From positions 1 to 64,000 of the forward strand of contig JBEKDT010000008.1 of the NCBI GenBank assembly GCA_050014195.1: a stretch of DNA of 64,000 bases, given 5' to 3'. Positions within the stretch are counted from its first letter, which is position 1. Each line of letters begins with the position of its first letter. A model generated the notes under the pieces. It was not told where the DNA came from. It saw nothing but the letters and a program-made list of their open reading frames with translations, and made no database searches. The position numbers and the translations under genes are program-made. The stretch comes from Desulfomonilia bacterium (GTDB lineage Bacteria > Desulfobacterota > Desulfomonilia > UBA1062). Below, piece after piece: positions 10,264-20,444 of the stretch.

Positions 10264-11197
10264 GTGAGGCAGTCGAAAAACCATTTTGGACAGAAGATAA
10301 TTTCCATCTAACTGGTATTTATTTAAACCATCATTGCCTTTTTTTGGATTTTTGCTTTCTTCAGGTCATACACTCATGGCAATGAACCTTTGTTGAAGAA
10401 TCACCCCTTTTTTTATTTCATGCAAAGCCATAGTTTGCGATCTTCTCTATATTGTGGACCATACAATACAAGAGCCATTGAATATTGACCTTGATCTTTC
10501 CCCTCAGAGTAAACCGGTCCAACCCTTTGTTGGTGCGGATATTGCCGAATACCGGCTCTACGATTGCCATACGTTGGGGGTAGATCTTACGACCTTCCTC
10601 ACTCTCGATCTTCTCCTTCTTCCTCTTCAGATCATCGACCTTACCGCTCCATCTCATGGATGCATTACCGGGAAGCTTGCAGCCGTCCAATGCAAAGAAG
10701 GTCCCCCCGAGCAGATTCATCTCCTCACAGACCAGCAGCACATCACGAAACAGTGGTAGGATCTCATCCTTCATGGAGGCAACAAACGGGGCTATCGTGA
10801 TGTGGTCAGGATACTGCCCGCACGAAAGTGCCATAAAGACCACGTTCTCCTTGCATGCCTGCTCGATCTTCCTCGACGAGATCAGTCCCCGTGAATACCC
10901 TAGCAGTACCACCTTCAGCAGAATATGGGGATCGTATGCCCGCCGTCCTGTCTCGTCGTTGCAATACTTCTCATCGAATATGCTCACGTCCATACGCTCA
11001 TCTACGAGCGTGTGGATCGCGAATTCCAGGGTCCCGGGCATAAGCTGTTCCTTTAGCGATACCGGTATCAGCATGTCCTGCGCATACGTGTAAGGCTTGT
11101 ACTTAGCCATGGCTTCCTTCCCTTTCTGAAATGGGAGAATGAAAGATCCTTATGCAACCCCGTACAAGAAATAGCCGACCTTTTTCGACACCCTCAC
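10264..11197 (-). mobile_element. Internally deleted IS1182-family element
   Basis: Terminal inverted repeats GTGAGGCAGTCGAAAAA (10264-10280) / TTTTTCGACACCCTCAC (11181-11197) around a shortened transposase. Confidence 0.82.
10418..11110 (-). pseudogene. IS1182-family transposase, in-frame internal deletion
   Basis: N-terminal GRRAYDP..SSRKIEQAC..PDH..ALDGCKL joined directly to C-terminal EGRKIY..VEPVFGNI..LRGK..HN; only 230 aa. Confidence 0.85.
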
Positions 11198-11264
11198 TCA
11201 AGATCTTCAGTTTCCAGCCTTCTCAAAACCGCGATGAAATCGAAAGAATCCTCAGTCTCTTGAA

Positions 11265-11762
11265 TCATAAAAGATAGCCTATCTGGAATGTAATGAAATT
11301 TTCACCGTAATTCGCTGTGTCTGTCCAATGAAAAATTCCTTTCCCATTAGAGAAATGTCTATAACCAACCGAGAGGTCATATTTTTCTGTCCTTATGCCA
11401 AGTGCAGATCGGAATGCAAACTGAAGACGTGTGCCCAGGTTTTCAGTGGTGCTTCTAAGGTAAGCACCGCCCGGCTCAAAAGAGATATACGATTTCCCTG
11501 AAAGGTTCATCCATAAACCTTTGGTAAGAGAAATTGCATCGTTGTGATTCGATCCATTCCAGGAACCGAGTGCCGCATTATAGTAACTATTAAGACCCAA
11601 TAGTGGAGGCGAGTCTATGTGATAGCTGAGAAATATGACCTGGGAATCTGTGGAGTAATGGAAACCCTGGCCACCCTCAAGAAATATACCATCGGCGTAT
11701 GCTGGTGTAGAGCAATATAGGAGCACAGGGATAAGGATCACAATACAAATTTTCATGCACAC
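11265..11762 (-). CDS. PagL-like lipid A 3-O-deacylase / acyloxyacyl hydrolase family outer-membrane protein
   Basis: Signal peptide; LGTRLQFAF, GYRHFSNG (His-Ser catalytic motif), NYGENF. Confidence 0.8.
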   Translation of the reverse strand: MCMKICIVILIPVLLYCSTPAYADGIFLEGGQGFHYSTDSQVIFLSYHIDSPPLLGLNSYYNAALGSWNGSNHNDAISLTKGLWMNLSGKSYISFEPGGAYLRSTTENLGTRLQFAFRSALGIRTEKYDLSVGYRHFSNGKGIFHWTDTANYGENFITFQIGYLL

Positions 11763-11799
11763 TATCCTTAATAATTAATAGAAATAGAGGAAAATCATT

Positions 11800-11839
11800 A
11801 GGGCTGTATGCCATCGACAAAAATCCGGCATACAGCCCT
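11800..11839. terminator. Strong hairpin, probable terminator
   Basis: 13-bp perfect inverted repeat AGGGCTGTATGCC/GGCATACAGCCCT between two - strand genes. Confidence 0.6.
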
Positions 11840-11847
11840 TTTTGTTA

Positions 11848-12108
11848 TTAATATTTCTCGCCTCTTTCGCCGGCTTCTATCCCCTTTATAACTTGTTCAA
11901 CAGCCTTATCTACGAGTTTAATAGCCTTTTCCCGATGACCGCCTTTGTTATGCTCTGCTTGCTCCAATTGTTTCCTGGCATCTTTCAGACTTTCAAGGGC
12001 AGCTCTCATATGCGGCTGTTCCATACCATTTGCAGCAAAGCCGATCACAGCACCACCGATGAAAAGCCCAATAACGAGAATAACAGTAGCCACCTTATTC
12101 TTTGCCAT
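11848..12108 (-). CDS. Small secreted helical protein (QPHM..HNKGGHR family)
   Basis: Signal peptide then QPHMRAALESL..AEHNKGGHREKAI; GAGGAGG RBS. Confidence 0.75.
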   Translation of the reverse strand: MAKNKVATVILVIGLFIGGAVIGFAANGMEQPHMRAALESLKDARKQLEQAEHNKGGHREKAIKLVDKAVEQVIKGIEAGERGEKY

Positions 12109-12516
12109 GTGCCCTCCTCATATAGATTGATATTTATAAAATATAACCAAGATAAGGCATGGCTGCAAGAAAGAAAGACCGTTTGCAATACTACGTTAGA
12201 CTGGAATTCGACCCCAATATAAAATACATACAAATTTATTTTACTTCTTCAGAGTCTATAACCACAGACGAAATCAAATGGTACAGCACTGATAAGTAAA
12301 CTGATGAATAACGATTCTAACCATTCGAGTCGAACGGATGAACCGAAGTGGGCCTCTTTGGAAACCAGAATACCGTCTGTCAGCCGACTACACCCAAAAG
12401 GCGGCACACTATAGAGCGGCTCAAAACAAAATTTACACATTGGGATAAAGTATAAATGATGAGTAGGAGACTGCTTCACATTGCTTTCTATGTCTCAATG
12501 GGAATCGAATCTTAGT

Positions 12517-13644
12517 TTACGGTGTGTGAGGCCAGATCAAATCGTAACTAACACTCCTACCTTTACCGGGATTCTGCTTTATTAAACCAAGTTCTAGAAG
12601 TCTATTCAGCTCACGAAATGCTGTGATCTTGCTTACACCGGTCATGGCTGAATACTTTCTTGTTGTGAGTCCACCTTCGAATGCATCACGGCCAACATCG
12701 AAGAGCTTATTAATAACCTTACGTTGCCGCTCGTTCAGGGGTGCCTGTGCGTGGGTACGCCAGAAAACAGCCTTCGTAAAAACCCCTGACAAGATGATTT
12801 CGGAGCGTTCAATAGCCCTAGAAAAACATCCAAGGAACCAAACGATCCAATCAGTGATATCGCTGCCGCCCTTCTGGCACTTTTCAAGGATTTCATAATA
12901 AGCACTCCGATCCTCCATGATCTGAGATGAGAGGCTGTAGTAATGGTACTTCTGTCCATCATCCTGGGCCAGAGCCATGTCGGTAAGAGCCCGGGCAATG
13001 CGACCATTTCCGTCCTCAAAGGGATGAATAGTGACAAACCAGAAATGCGCTATTGAAGCTCTTATCAGTCCTTCCATTTTACTCTTGCTGGTATTCCACC
13101 AGGAGAGGAAGAGAGCAATCTCATCATCGATCTTATTGGATGGTGGTGCTTCAAAGTGGATCTTTTCCTTACCAAGAGGTCCAGAGACTACCTGCATGGG
13201 TTCATCCCCTCTCCAGACACCCACCTGGATCTTATGCATACCCGAATATCCAGTAGGGAATAGTTCAGCCTGCCACCCACACAGTCGCTCAACATTAAGA
13301 GGTAGATTATGATTCTGCGTTGCATCCAAAAGTACGGCAACCAGACCATCCACGTACCGATCTATGGGAAGGCCCGCAGAAGGTAAACCTAACTTCCGTG
13401 CTACGGATGATCGTACAGAACGAGTATCGAGTTTCTCTCCCTCAATGGCGGATGTCTTCATTGTTTCTTCGGCAAGGACTTCGGCATGAGCCTGTGGATC
13501 GAGTGTAAGACCCTGGTCGACTACCTTGCCGAGGAGCCTTCCCTGGAGCAAACGGCTCTTACCTAGGAGGTCGAGAACCTCATCGCTCCTCCATGTGAAG
13601 TGAGTCCAGTTTGGCCTTTGCCATATGTACTGATGTGATTTCAT
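12517..13644 (-). CDS. Fic family protein (DUF4172-type N-terminus, C-terminal HTH)
   Basis: HPFEDGNGRIAR Fic motif; TSAIEGE inhibitory motif; YIWQRPNWTHFTW N-terminus. Confidence 0.93.
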   Translation of the reverse strand: MKSHQYIWQRPNWTHFTWRSDEVLDLLGKSRLLQGRLLGKVVDQGLTLDPQAHAEVLAEETMKTSAIEGEKLDTRSVRSSVARKLGLPSAGLPIDRYVDGLVAVLLDATQNHNLPLNVERLCGWQAELFPTGYSGMHKIQVGVWRGDEPMQVVSGPLGKEKIHFEAPPSNKIDDEIALFLSWWNTSKSKMEGLIRASIAHFWFVTIHPFEDGNGRIARALTDMALAQDDGQKYHYYSLSSQIMEDRSAYYEILEKCQKGGSDITDWIVWFLGCFSRAIERSEIILSGVFTKAVFWRTHAQAPLNERQRKVINKLFDVGRDAFEGGLTTRKYSAMTGVSKITAFRELNRLLELGLIKQNPGKGRSVSYDLIWPHTP

Positions 13645-13901
13645 CTTATAATCACTTCACTAACTGATATGATTAATCGGTATTATCACATCAGCCCATT
13701 AACAAGCAATGGTTCTCTTTACTCTGTTTATGTCGCTAACAAAGTCAGAGTTATGGAGAAAGGAGTGTGCTTATTTTGTGCCCGCGACGTCTAAACCTGT
13801 TCCAATTCCACCCAACTTCTGCCAACTGACCGCTTTGGATAACTCTTTGAAATTCTTTACTGCTACGCCTTTCCAGGTATGTAAATTAACCAGATAGAGG
13901 T

Positions 13902-13956
13902 CTCAAAATCCGAAGGGCCTTGCGCTTGTGGGGGTTCGAGTCCCCCTCCGGCACCA
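13902..13956 (+). repeat. attR: duplicated 3' part of tRNA-Leu
   Basis: Matches 8787-8842 with one substitution and one 1-nt deletion. Confidence 0.92.
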
Positions 13957-14034
13957 AAGTTTCTCTAGAGATCGTCCGAAGGTTTATCCGGTCTCCCACG
14001 CAAGATCTTCAGTGACAACCGATTCTGAATCGTT

Positions 14035-14778
14035 CTACCGATCATGGTCAACACGCCTCATGGCGTGCGCATTCATCCGTTCGGTTCCGGCCACGGCATG
14101 TGAAGGAAACCATTTGTTCATGAGGCGCCGGGACAGGATAGAGAGAAGCAGCAGTGCCGTGGCAAACGCGATCTGCCACACGTTGCCCTTTACCCCGCCG
14201 CTTCCATAGGTGGCAAAGACTACGGCAAGCGGCACGAAGCCGATGAGCGACCCGATCATGAAAGGGGAGAAAGGCACCCGGCAGCTCCCGCAGAGCAGGC
14301 TCATCAAAGTGGAGTTGGAAAAGGGGAAGAGCCTTCCATAAATCACCCACCAGAAGGCATTCTCTTGAAAGCGTCCTTGCCACACCTTCAGTTTATCCCC
14401 AAGGCGCCGTTCCACCACTGAAGCGAGGAGGGATCTTCCTGCAAGGTACAGGACCGAAGCGCCGAGTAACGAGGCAAGCAGGGAAAGAAACGTGCCCACG
14501 AATGCCCCGTAGATGACCCCTGCCACTGTGCTTGCCCAGAGCCGGGGGAGCCCAAGTGCAATGAGTCCGCCGCCAGCAAGGGTGAAGACGAGCGCGGAAA
14601 GAAGATGCCCGGATGATTGCCGCCCTCCTTGCAGGGAGGCCCTTATGGTATTTATATCGAAAAGGAGGTGTCGCAGGTCATCACTCTTCAGGAGGAGGGC
14701 CATGGCTGAGAAAAAGGCCATTACGAAAAAAAGGCGTGCGATGTCACCGATCATGTTCTTATCAAATCTACTGCTCAT
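14035..14778 (-). CDS. DedA/VTT (TVP38/TMEM64) family membrane protein
   Basis: AGVIYGAFVGT..YLAGR..RLFPFSNS..GSLIGFVP; start overlaps the GT2 stop (ATGA). Confidence 0.82.
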   Translation of the reverse strand: MSSRFDKNMIGDIARLFFVMAFFSAMALLLKSDDLRHLLFDINTIRASLQGGRQSSGHLLSALVFTLAGGGLIALGLPRLWASTVAGVIYGAFVGTFLSLLASLLGASVLYLAGRSLLASVVERRLGDKLKVWQGRFQENAFWWVIYGRLFPFSNSTLMSLLCGSCRVPFSPFMIGSLIGFVPLAVVFATYGSGGVKGNVWQIAFATALLLLSILSRRLMNKWFPSHAVAGTERMNAHAMRRVDHDR

Positions 14779-15512
14779 GTCTTTTCCATGATGGTATACC
14801 TGAGGGAGCGCTTTCTGAGCCAATAGACGCCGGCCAGATCTATAATGCCCGGCAAAAGCCTGCTGTTGATCCCACCACCGTATTTGCTTGTCCCATGCTC
14901 TCTCGGGCGGTGGTTAACCGGAATTTCTGCCACAGTGTATCCGGCCATGATGAAGAGGGCAGGGAAGAAACGGTGGGCGTTCCTGAAGAACCTGATACGT
15001 TTTGTGCAGGCACGCCGGAAAATCCGCATCGAACACCCTATATCCGTAACGTTATCCTTCAGCACGGCAGAACGTATGCGGTTCGCAATGCGGCTGGACA
15101 CGCGACGGATCAGATTATCGGCCCGTCTCTGCCTGATTCCGCAGAGCATGTCTAGACCGTTTTTTTTCATTTCCTTGAGCAGGCCCGGGATATCATGGGG
15201 ATCATTTTGCCCATCGCCGTCCAGCGTGGCGATGAATTCTCCTTTGGCTGACCCGAACCCAGCCTCCAGTGCCGCCGATTGCCCGCTGTTGGGTGAAAGG
15301 TGCAGGGAGCGGAAATTTACGAATTTTCCTGCGAGTTCGTCCATGATCTGCGGTGTGAGGTCTGTGGACCCGTCATCCACCATGACAAGCTCCCATGTGA
15401 GGTCATGTATGCCCGAAAGGGCTTGCCGGACTTCATCACACACCCCCCGGATGGACTCCTCTTCATTATAAAAAGGAATGACGATGCTCAAGGTTATGTG
15501 ATGTACTTCCAT
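14775..15512 (-). CDS. Glycosyltransferase family 2 (polyprenol-phosphate glycosyltransferase, ArnC/DPM-like)
   Basis: SIVIPFYNEE, VDDGSTD, GQSAAL, TLDGDGQNDP, HRFFP, NHRPR..G.SKYG. Confidence 0.9.
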   Translation of the reverse strand: MEVHHITLSIVIPFYNEEESIRGVCDEVRQALSGIHDLTWELVMVDDGSTDLTPQIMDELAGKFVNFRSLHLSPNSGQSAALEAGFGSAKGEFIATLDGDGQNDPHDIPGLLKEMKKNGLDMLCGIRQRRADNLIRRVSSRIANRIRSAVLKDNVTDIGCSMRIFRRACTKRIRFFRNAHRFFPALFIMAGYTVAEIPVNHRPREHGTSKYGGGINSRLLPGIIDLAGVYWLRKRSLRYTIMEKT

Positions 15513-15894
15513 CAAGATTTTTTCTCCGATAGCTATTTTAAAAATCCGGTGCCTGTGTGGCCGTCCCCCGTTGGATCCCGCATGAAAAACGAAACATACT
15601 CTACGATATGTTTCAAACAATAACAATGTGTTCCCGCTTTTTCAATTTGAAAGTACATCCGGATATTCAATCTCAGTATGTGAAAAGTGCATATTGATAA
15701 GGATGAATGGACACGATGGCAGACCCATGGCGGATATTCGAGTACGGGTTCGGACAGGTTGTAAGAAAATCCTGGATTTGTGATGCTGTATGAGGTAAGC
15801 CATTGATAGACTCAATAATGATTGCATAGTATTCTATGGTTAAGAGAAGCCCCCAACGACAGAAATCGGATGATAAAGAGTTTGATTTTTCCGC

Positions 15895-17523
15895 ATGGAG
15901 GAAGAACGATTTATCTGCTTTGACCACACCTCCTTCGAAAAAGGGCAGCTTATGCATTTTCTGAAAATGGAAGTATTATTCATTCCGATCGTCCTTTTCA
16001 TAAGTGTTTTCCTTTACTGCGACCGTTTGCCCGTCGATCAAATGGAGTCGAGAAACTTCATAACCGCAAGGGAAATCCTGATGAACGGCTCTTGGCTTCT
16101 CCCGACCTTGGAGGGGAATCTCAGGATAGCGAAGCCGCCGCTGCCCACATGGATCACGGCCCTCGCCATGAAGTGGGAGGGAACCGATGCCAACCTCATC
16201 GTCAACAGGATTCCTGCAGGGATATGCGCCCTCCTGCTTGCCCTTTTCACCTATCTTATCGCCCTGCGGGTTTCACGGGACAGGGGGGTTGCCGCGACAA
16301 CGCTGCTCGTACTCGCCACGAGTTATCTGTTCATGGTAACGGCACGACAAAACGAATGGGACATCTACGCCCATGCATCCATGGCCGGGGCGATATGGGC
16401 CTTGCTTGAGGCCTTCATGCGCAAAGAGGGGAAGAACCTCTTCTTCCTGCTTTTTTCGCTCTTCATGGTTATATCCTTTTACAGCAAGGGCCCGGTGGCC
16501 TACTGGGGCATGCTCTTAACCTTTATGATAAGCTATGTTATTGCCTGCGGGACAAAGGATCTTCGTGAGAACAAATGGGGCCTCTTATGGGGTTTCATAC
16601 TCTGTGTGCTCCTCTGTACATTGTGGCCTGCATATGTCTACCTGAACACCCCCCATGTGGCAAAGGCTGTGGCCTTGAGAGAGTCTGATGCTTGGTTTAC
16701 AAGGAACATCCAACCTATATGGTTTTATGTCACTCATATGTACAAGATAATGGGCATATGGCTGCCCTTGCTTCTCTGCGGACTGGTTGCACCTTTTATT
16801 GAAAAGGATTGGAAACCCGAGGAGAAACTGTTTGTCTACTGGTTCATCCTCATTCTCGTCTCTCTTTCCGTGTTTCCTGAGAAAAGAATGCGATACATCC
16901 TGCCTGCGGTTGTTCCGGGCTCTATCGTCTCGACGATCGTGATATACCGACTCCGGGAAGCCAGCGGATGGCCATGGAGGCTCATATATGGCGTTTCCTA
17001 TACCATAGCGGGCGTTCTGTTGGTCGGTGCGGCAGCATCCCTTGTCTATTTTTCAGCGCACAGGGTTCCTGCAATCCTGGGGGCGATCCCTCTCGCAATT
17101 GTCGGTGTGGCGCTTCTCTATGAATCGGTGACGAGAAAGACAAAGAACGCCCACATCATGGCCATTGCCGGGGTTTGTCTTTCCATCGTATTCCTACTCC
17201 CGATGATATTACAGCGCATGGGACCGGATGATGCCCGGTTGTTCATGCACGTACGGGAAAACCCTGAACTCATGTCAAGGGAATTTTGTACGACTCTGAA
17301 AGATCGTCGAGATAATACCATCGCCTATGACATAAGATGGGCCATAAACAAAAAAATTCAGCTGCTGCCCAATTTTTTCTATAATAGCCTGACCAAAAGA
17401 GGAAAAATCGACCCATATGCACTGATAACGACAAAGTGGATCGACCCGAAGGTTTTCAAGGGGCGGCTTGCAGATACAATAACAACCCAGCGAGCAACGT
17501 ATTATATATATCTGGTACCATGA
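15895..17523 (+). CDS. ArnT-like GT-C (PMT_2/GT39-GT83) membrane glycosyltransferase
   Basis: MESRNFITAREI..WLLPT..RIAKPPLPTW, SKGPV, EKRMRYILP; many TM helices; true start may be 15952. Confidence 0.85.
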   Translation: MEEERFICFDHTSFEKGQLMHFLKMEVLFIPIVLFISVFLYCDRLPVDQMESRNFITAREILMNGSWLLPTLEGNLRIAKPPLPTWITALAMKWEGTDANLIVNRIPAGICALLLALFTYLIALRVSRDRGVAATTLLVLATSYLFMVTARQNEWDIYAHASMAGAIWALLEAFMRKEGKNLFFLLFSLFMVISFYSKGPVAYWGMLLTFMISYVIACGTKDLRENKWGLLWGFILCVLLCTLWPAYVYLNTPHVAKAVALRESDAWFTRNIQPIWFYVTHMYKIMGIWLPLLLCGLVAPFIEKDWKPEEKLFVYWFILILVSLSVFPEKRMRYILPAVVPGSIVSTIVIYRLREASGWPWRLIYGVSYTIAGVLLVGAAASLVYFSAHRVPAILGAIPLAIVGVALLYESVTRKTKNAHIMAIAGVCLSIVFLLPMILQRMGPDDARLFMHVRENPELMSREFCTTLKDRRDNTIAYDIRWAINKKIQLLPNFFYNSLTKRGKIDPYALITTKWIDPKVFKGRLADTITTQRATYYIYLVP

Positions 17524-17713
17524 GATCGAAACCACCCTGTTTCGATGTACCTCGATGGCACAGCCAATGACCCCGGTCGAGAGTTCAAAAGAATTTCATC
17601 CTTCGTGTCCCTCGTACTCTTCGTGGTGAAATATTCCTCTCTCGTGCTCCTCAGTGATCCGAGTATGCTTTACGGTGATGAACCAAAAAAAGAACCGCAA
17701 AGACTTAAGATCC

Positions 17714-18280
17714 CTACAGGGGATAATTATCTTCGAGTATCTCGACCTTGCTTACAAGGTAATTTTTTCCAATATCCCCGGTGAGAAACACCTTCGATTT
17801 CTGGTAAAGGAGTTCTGTTACCTGGAGTTCGGTCATGGAAAGCTTTATCAGGGGGAATTGTCTATGAGAGTTCAAATCAATAAGCTTCTTGATCTGTTTT
17901 TGCGCAGTTCCATCTACGGCAATGAGGCTGTAATACCGGATGCTCTTTTTTGCAATGTTATGACCTTTATTCTGTGCATCTACGAAATTGCCATATTGTG
18001 CCTTCAGCTGATCGGCGTCTTTCTTCGGCATGACGATGATGCGGCCATCGAGGTATTTTAAAGAATCAGGGTAGAAGACCGGATTGGCGGTAAAGAGAAC
18101 GAAGGTGTCTTCCAAAGATGCCATTTTGAGGGCCTTTACGGAATGGTCTTTTGTTGTAATCTCGATTTGTTTCCCCTTGTCCTGTATGGCCCCGCCTGTC
18201 CTGGATGATGTGCATGCCGTAAGCAGTACCAGAACTATCGCGAAGATAAAGATATAAATGATGCCTCGATTTGTCTTCAT
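17714..18280 (-). CDS. Hypothetical lipoprotein
   Basis: Lipobox LLTA-C; GAGGAGG RBS upstream of the ATG at 18280. Confidence 0.65.
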   Translation of the reverse strand: MKTNRGIIYIFIFAIVLVLLTACTSSRTGGAIQDKGKQIEITTKDHSVKALKMASLEDTFVLFTANPVFYPDSLKYLDGRIIVMPKKDADQLKAQYGNFVDAQNKGHNIAKKSIRYYSLIAVDGTAQKQIKKLIDLNSHRQFPLIKLSMTELQVTELLYQKSKVFLTGDIGKNYLVSKVEILEDNYPL

Positions 18281-18660
18281 TTTCATTCCTCCTCTATAGA
18301 CACGTGTTACACAAGATTTTCCCCAGGATTCCATATGAATTACTTTATACTCAGCCATGTATCAGAAGCATGACCCATGGATACCCTGGGGATTTCGGAA
18401 AGAAGATATAGTTTGGGACGCAGGAATTGTCAAGCCAGTACTCTTATGCCTGGTTGCATCCTTATGCTTAAGGATACGCCTTAAGGATAAGATGGCATTC
18501 TTAGCGTCTGCGTGCGGCTTAAAGCCGATTTCTTCATCAGGACATAGCCAGCTATCAGGAAATCTGATATAGGGGGTTATGTGATTGTGGGTTCTATGGT
18601 TGCGGTGTATGCGCTCCATGGAACGACTACGGGATAAACAATTGTCGGGAGGTTGCCTGC

Positions 18661-19338
18661 ATGCGGCATCAGGATGTGAAAGATGCTTTGAGGAAGGTGC
18701 GCCGTATCGGTTTCGGTCTCTTTTTCGTATCACTTACATTGATTGGTTGTGGTTCGGGCGGTTCAGGTATATGGCACGGGACCTTCATGGATTGTACCGT
18801 TGAAGGTCTCACCTTCAAGACAGAGACCATGAGCGGCGAGACGGATTCTCAGGGTGTTTTTTCCTACAGGCAGGGAGAAAAGGTAACCTTCTCCATCGGA
18901 GGCATCGTTTTAGGGACTGCCACTGCGAAGTCCGCCATGACCCCGGTGGATCTTGTAGCAGGGGCGCAGAATGAGACGGACCCGACAGTGACCAACATCA
19001 CCCGGCTCCTCATCACCCTTGATGAAGATAATATTATTGGGAACGGCATAACAATAAGCCCCGAGGTGAGGGAAGCTCTTGTAGGAGCCTCCATCAATTT
19101 CGACCAGGATCCTGCCGTATTTGCTCAAGATGCTGAAGTACTTGAGGTGATAAACACGGTAAACCTTCATTTTAACCTGGTCGGGATGGGAGAACGCACC
19201 CTCTGCAGTGTGGAGGAAGCGCAGGATCACCTTGGAAATACCCTCGACGAGCTTGCAAAGAACGGTTATGATCACACGAGCGCATCAGGCGGCCACGGCG
19301 GGTCGGGGAGCGGAGGCGGCGGCGGAGGCTGTGGCTGA
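18661..19338 (+). CDS. Hypothetical lipoprotein (adhesin-like N-terminal module), Gly-rich C-terminus
   Basis: Lipobox LIG-C; VEGLTFKT..SGETDSQGVFSYRQGEKVTFSIG..NITRLLITLD module. Confidence 0.72.
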   Translation: MRHQDVKDALRKVRRIGFGLFFVSLTLIGCGSGGSGIWHGTFMDCTVEGLTFKTETMSGETDSQGVFSYRQGEKVTFSIGGIVLGTATAKSAMTPVDLVAGAQNETDPTVTNITRLLITLDEDNIIGNGITISPEVREALVGASINFDQDPAVFAQDAEVLEVINTVNLHFNLVGMGERTLCSVEEAQDHLGNTLDELAKNGYDHTSASGGHGGSGSGGGGGGCG

Positions 19339-19394
19339 GGCGGATAGCCGACATCATCGGTCGATGATGAAAAAATCCTACAAAAAATAGAGCT

Positions 19395-20000
19395 TCACAT
19401 AAACAGGTAAATGTGCGGAATAACCCAGATGCCTATGTTCGCGAGCGCATGCACGATAAATGGGGCCCAGATTGTCTTTCTCCACTCGTAGATCGAGGCG
19501 AAGATGATGCCTCCTGTGAGCTGGATCATGGAGATATGTCCGTGCATGGAGGCAAAGAGCAGGGATGTCAGAATAATACAGAGTGCTGCAGAGAGGCGCT
19601 GTCTGAGCCATGTGTAGATCATCCCCCTAAAAAAGAGCTCCTCCACAAAGGGACCTATAAGGCAACCCGTGATGAAAAATTCAAACCATTGATCGATGTG
19701 CTGTTTCGTAAGGAGAATGCCCACGAGCCCTTTTCCCATGAAAAATCTTGATGCCAGATCAATGGCCAGTACGACCGCGCCGAAAACAGCAGCAGAAACA
19801 AGCCCGATGGCAAGTTCTTTTTTTAGGGACGCGGTAAGAATGCCGCAGAGTCTGAATGCGAAGATAAAGATAAAGGCCGTCTCAAAGAGTCGTGCTGCAA
19901 GGGTGTAGAGGAGACCGTCTATTGACAGGTAGGCCGACAATAGCCTGAATCCCGCCTCTATGAGACAAATTGCAATGATGACTGAAAGCCTCCTGTCCAT
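19395..20000 (-). CDS. CPBP (CAAX/Abi) family intramembrane glutamic protease
   Basis: PFVEELFFRG, FASMH and HALAN motifs. Confidence 0.9.
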   Translation of the reverse strand: MDRRLSVIIAICLIEAGFRLLSAYLSIDGLLYTLAARLFETAFIFIFAFRLCGILTASLKKELAIGLVSAAVFGAVVLAIDLASRFFMGKGLVGILLTKQHIDQWFEFFITGCLIGPFVEELFFRGMIYTWLRQRLSAALCIILTSLLFASMHGHISMIQLTGGIIFASIYEWRKTIWAPFIVHALANIGIWVIPHIYLFM

Positions 20001-20179
20001 GGATATTTATATATAGGGTATGGAAAAAAGGCACAAGTGTCGTGGCAGAGAGTTCGCACACCATGAGGAGAGGGTCTGCACGTCGAAGCCTCATTGAGAA
20101 GGATATGTGTTGATGCAATCCTTATATAGTAATGAAGCTCTGTCGCAAACCAATGGCAAGGCACTAACTACACCCTCAC

Positions 20180-20266
20180 CGAAGTCCCACAATTCGTCAG
20201 GATAGACGAATTGGATGTACTTCACGTTCATCCGAAGGGTGAGGGACATGGATGTCCCGAGTCACT
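20180..20266 (-). repeat. Dispersed palindromic element, single-unit copy of 32841-33003
   Basis: Near-identical reverse complement of the second unit at 32918-33003. Confidence 0.85.
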
Positions 20267-20343
20267 CCCCGCAGGAGAGGGGGCTTATGGGGCACAATGA
20301 AAAGCATCATAAGCGAAATGGAGAGGAATCATGAGCTTTTTAT

Positions 20344-20388
20344 CCCCTCTCCCCATGCTGTCTATGGGGAGAGGGTTAGGGTGAGGGG
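20344..20388. repeat. REP-like palindrome (CCCCTCTCCCC...GGGGAGAGGGTTAGGGTGAGGGG type)
   Basis: Hairpin followed by a GGGTGAGGGG tail; related half-copies near 6131 and 6314. Confidence 0.65.
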
Positions 20389-20444
20389 TCCATCCTTACT
20401 TGTCGAATTGACGAGCCCGAACAAGTGCGGCTATACTGGCTGTC

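Larger units (their letters stand above)
8787..13956. mobile_element. Decayed genomic island integrated at tRNA-Leu(CAA)
   Basis: tRNA 3' part 8787-8842 is repeated at 13902-13956; integrase remnant abuts the tRNA; contains IS and Fic cargo. Confidence 0.88.

Noticed and set aside
13902-13956. Second tRNA-Leu gene (likewise 40417-40459 as tRNA-Arg)
   Set aside because: Only 3' halves; no acceptor 5' strand or D-arm. These are att sites.
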